DNA of 62,833 nt, counting the filler, from Diploschistes diacapsis (Eukaryota), in assembly GCA_023645945.1 (NCBI GenBank). It is 13 parts of 13 records of this genome, joined end to end, with 100 filler letters (N's around TTAATTAATTAA, not from the genome) between each part and the next. Parts side by side here need not be neighbours in the genome. Positions count along the whole stretch, not along the records: positions 58,126 to 62,833 come from JALAIB010001664.1; 12 more parts are not named here. One strand, given 5' to 3'. The position numbers were made by a program, and so were the translations under genes. The notes beneath the pieces are model-generated. The model saw only the letters and a program-made list of their open reading frames with translations. It made no database searches and had not been told where the DNA came from. Of the stretch, positions 61,602-62,833 are shown one piece after another. Within the stretch, counting starts at the first letter, position 1. Each line of letters opens with the position of its first letter.

Positions 61602-61787
61602 ACGTATTCCACTAGTCAGTGACTAACACAAGTCAGTGACTCACTTGTATCTCTCATACAAAATAACATCTGATGGTACTTAATTGTCGCTCTTCACGTG
61701 ATTATCACGTACCATCACATGTATTTTTGTATGAGAGGTACAGAGTGAGTCACTGACTTGTGTTAGTCACTGACTAGTGGAATACGT
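61602..61787. mobile_element. 186-bp Tc1/mariner (Fot1/pogo-type) MITE
   Basis: TA on both sides; TIR ACGTATTCCACTAGTCAGTGACTAACACAAGTCAGTGACTCACT perfect for ~44 bp, imperfect to ~78 bp. Confidence 0.88.
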
Positions 61788-61887
61788 TATAGATACTTCC
61801 TTCATAAGCTCTGTCGAACAGAAGGTAAACTTCACTAAGACTGATCCGCAGTCTTCTCTGCGCAATGGCCTTCTCATCATCTACGGT

Positions 61888-62833
61888 ATGCCAATCTGCA
61901 TAGAATGCCGCTATCCCGTCCCCCAGCTCTATCACGTCCTTCATAGCACCTCCAAACCTGCAACTGCGCCGGCTCCTGCACCTGCCTTAGCTTCGCACAA
62001 GAAGTCTGCTTCCAATGGCTCGCAGCCTATAACTGCAGCCGCTGCGCTTGCCAATATCAATGAGGGCACAAGAGGTGGCGGCGAAGCCAGAAAGAGCTCT
62101 GGGGGCGGCGATGTGCGTCTGACACAGTGTCCGCGCTGTAAGCGCTTTGCAGACAAGTATGTGGAGCATGACTTTGTAGTGCTCTTCATTGATCTGGTGC
62201 TCGTGAAGCCTCAGGTAGGGCTGCTGCGTTTACCGCGTTTCCATATGCAACCAACTGATTTTGAGATTAGGTTTACCGCCATCTCCTCTTCAACCGGCTA
62301 GGCCGAGACGATGATGCCTTCGATGTACAGCCCCCCTTCTCGCCTCCCTTTCCACCCCCAGCCCATCCCTCCAACCCATCTAACAACCCTTCTCTCACAG
62401 CCCTCAATAACCCGCCTCGGCACCCTCCTCCTCCTCTTCGACGTCTACCTCACCTGGTCCGGCATCGAGGCGCTCCCTCACTTACACACCTCCTCCTCGC
62501 CCATCCCCCACCTGCCGATAATAATCCAATACCTCTTCTTCCTACTCCTCTGCGTCTCCACAACCGCCGCGCAACACCTCACCATCCGCTTTCTGGCGCG
62601 GCTGCCCCTATTCCGTCCATCGCCGCCACCGTCAACGCAGCAGCCATATGGCGCCACAGCCGGCGCATCGTACGCCTCGCACACCTCGTCAGCGCCGGCC
62701 AGCGCGTCGACCTCAGCCAGCAACCTCCTCTGCACTCTCTCCCACGCCCCACTTGCCCCCGTGCCGCCCTCGGCACCGGCTTATCAAAACCCGACATCGC
62801 CGCACATGCCCCCGCCGCAGACTCCCTTTCCCC
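61888..62833 (+). CDS. ARV1: Arv1 sterol/GPI homeostasis protein, runs off the window; introns ~62215-62270 and ~62325-62400
   Basis: MPICIECRYPV, DVRLTQCPRCKRFADKYVEHDFVVLFIDLVLVKPQ/VYRHLLFNRL, RLGTLLLLFDVYLTW. Confidence 0.94.

Overview
Filamentous ascomycete (Pezizomycotina-type) nuclear DNA, judged from the short GT-AG introns with CTRAC branch points, the fungal gene families and the RIP-type damage. It is not one locus. It is 13 unplaced contigs of about 4.7-4.8 kb joined in order of decreasing size by 12 identical 100-bp N-TTAATTAATTAA-N spacers, so adjacency across spacers means nothing. Recognisable genes: TRM7, COQ5, a kinesin-7 (Kip2/KipA), REX4, an SDR, a DAO/Tda3-type oxidoreductase, ERG6, an NAD(P)-binding epimerase, an EGF-like membrane protein, ADK2, KEL3, a group II PLP decarboxylase, ARG2, an RBR E3 ligase and ARV1; several are cut by contig ends. 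Accessory content: a bifunctional CPS/KS-type diterpene cyclase broken by a short-LTR Copia insertion, a Cys-rich secreted protein, a RIP-destroyed 126-bp TPR array (NLR-like relic) beside a PD-(D/E)XK nuclease-like pseudogene, two RIP-mutated chromodomain Gypsy elements, three copies of a ~115-bp Copia LTR with a half-tRNA-iMet type PBS, and two MITEs. Most unusual: the 3' region of one Gypsy element carries, antisense, a full 73-nt tRNA cloverleaf just downstream of a relic Zn-cluster-like/coiled-coil ORF.
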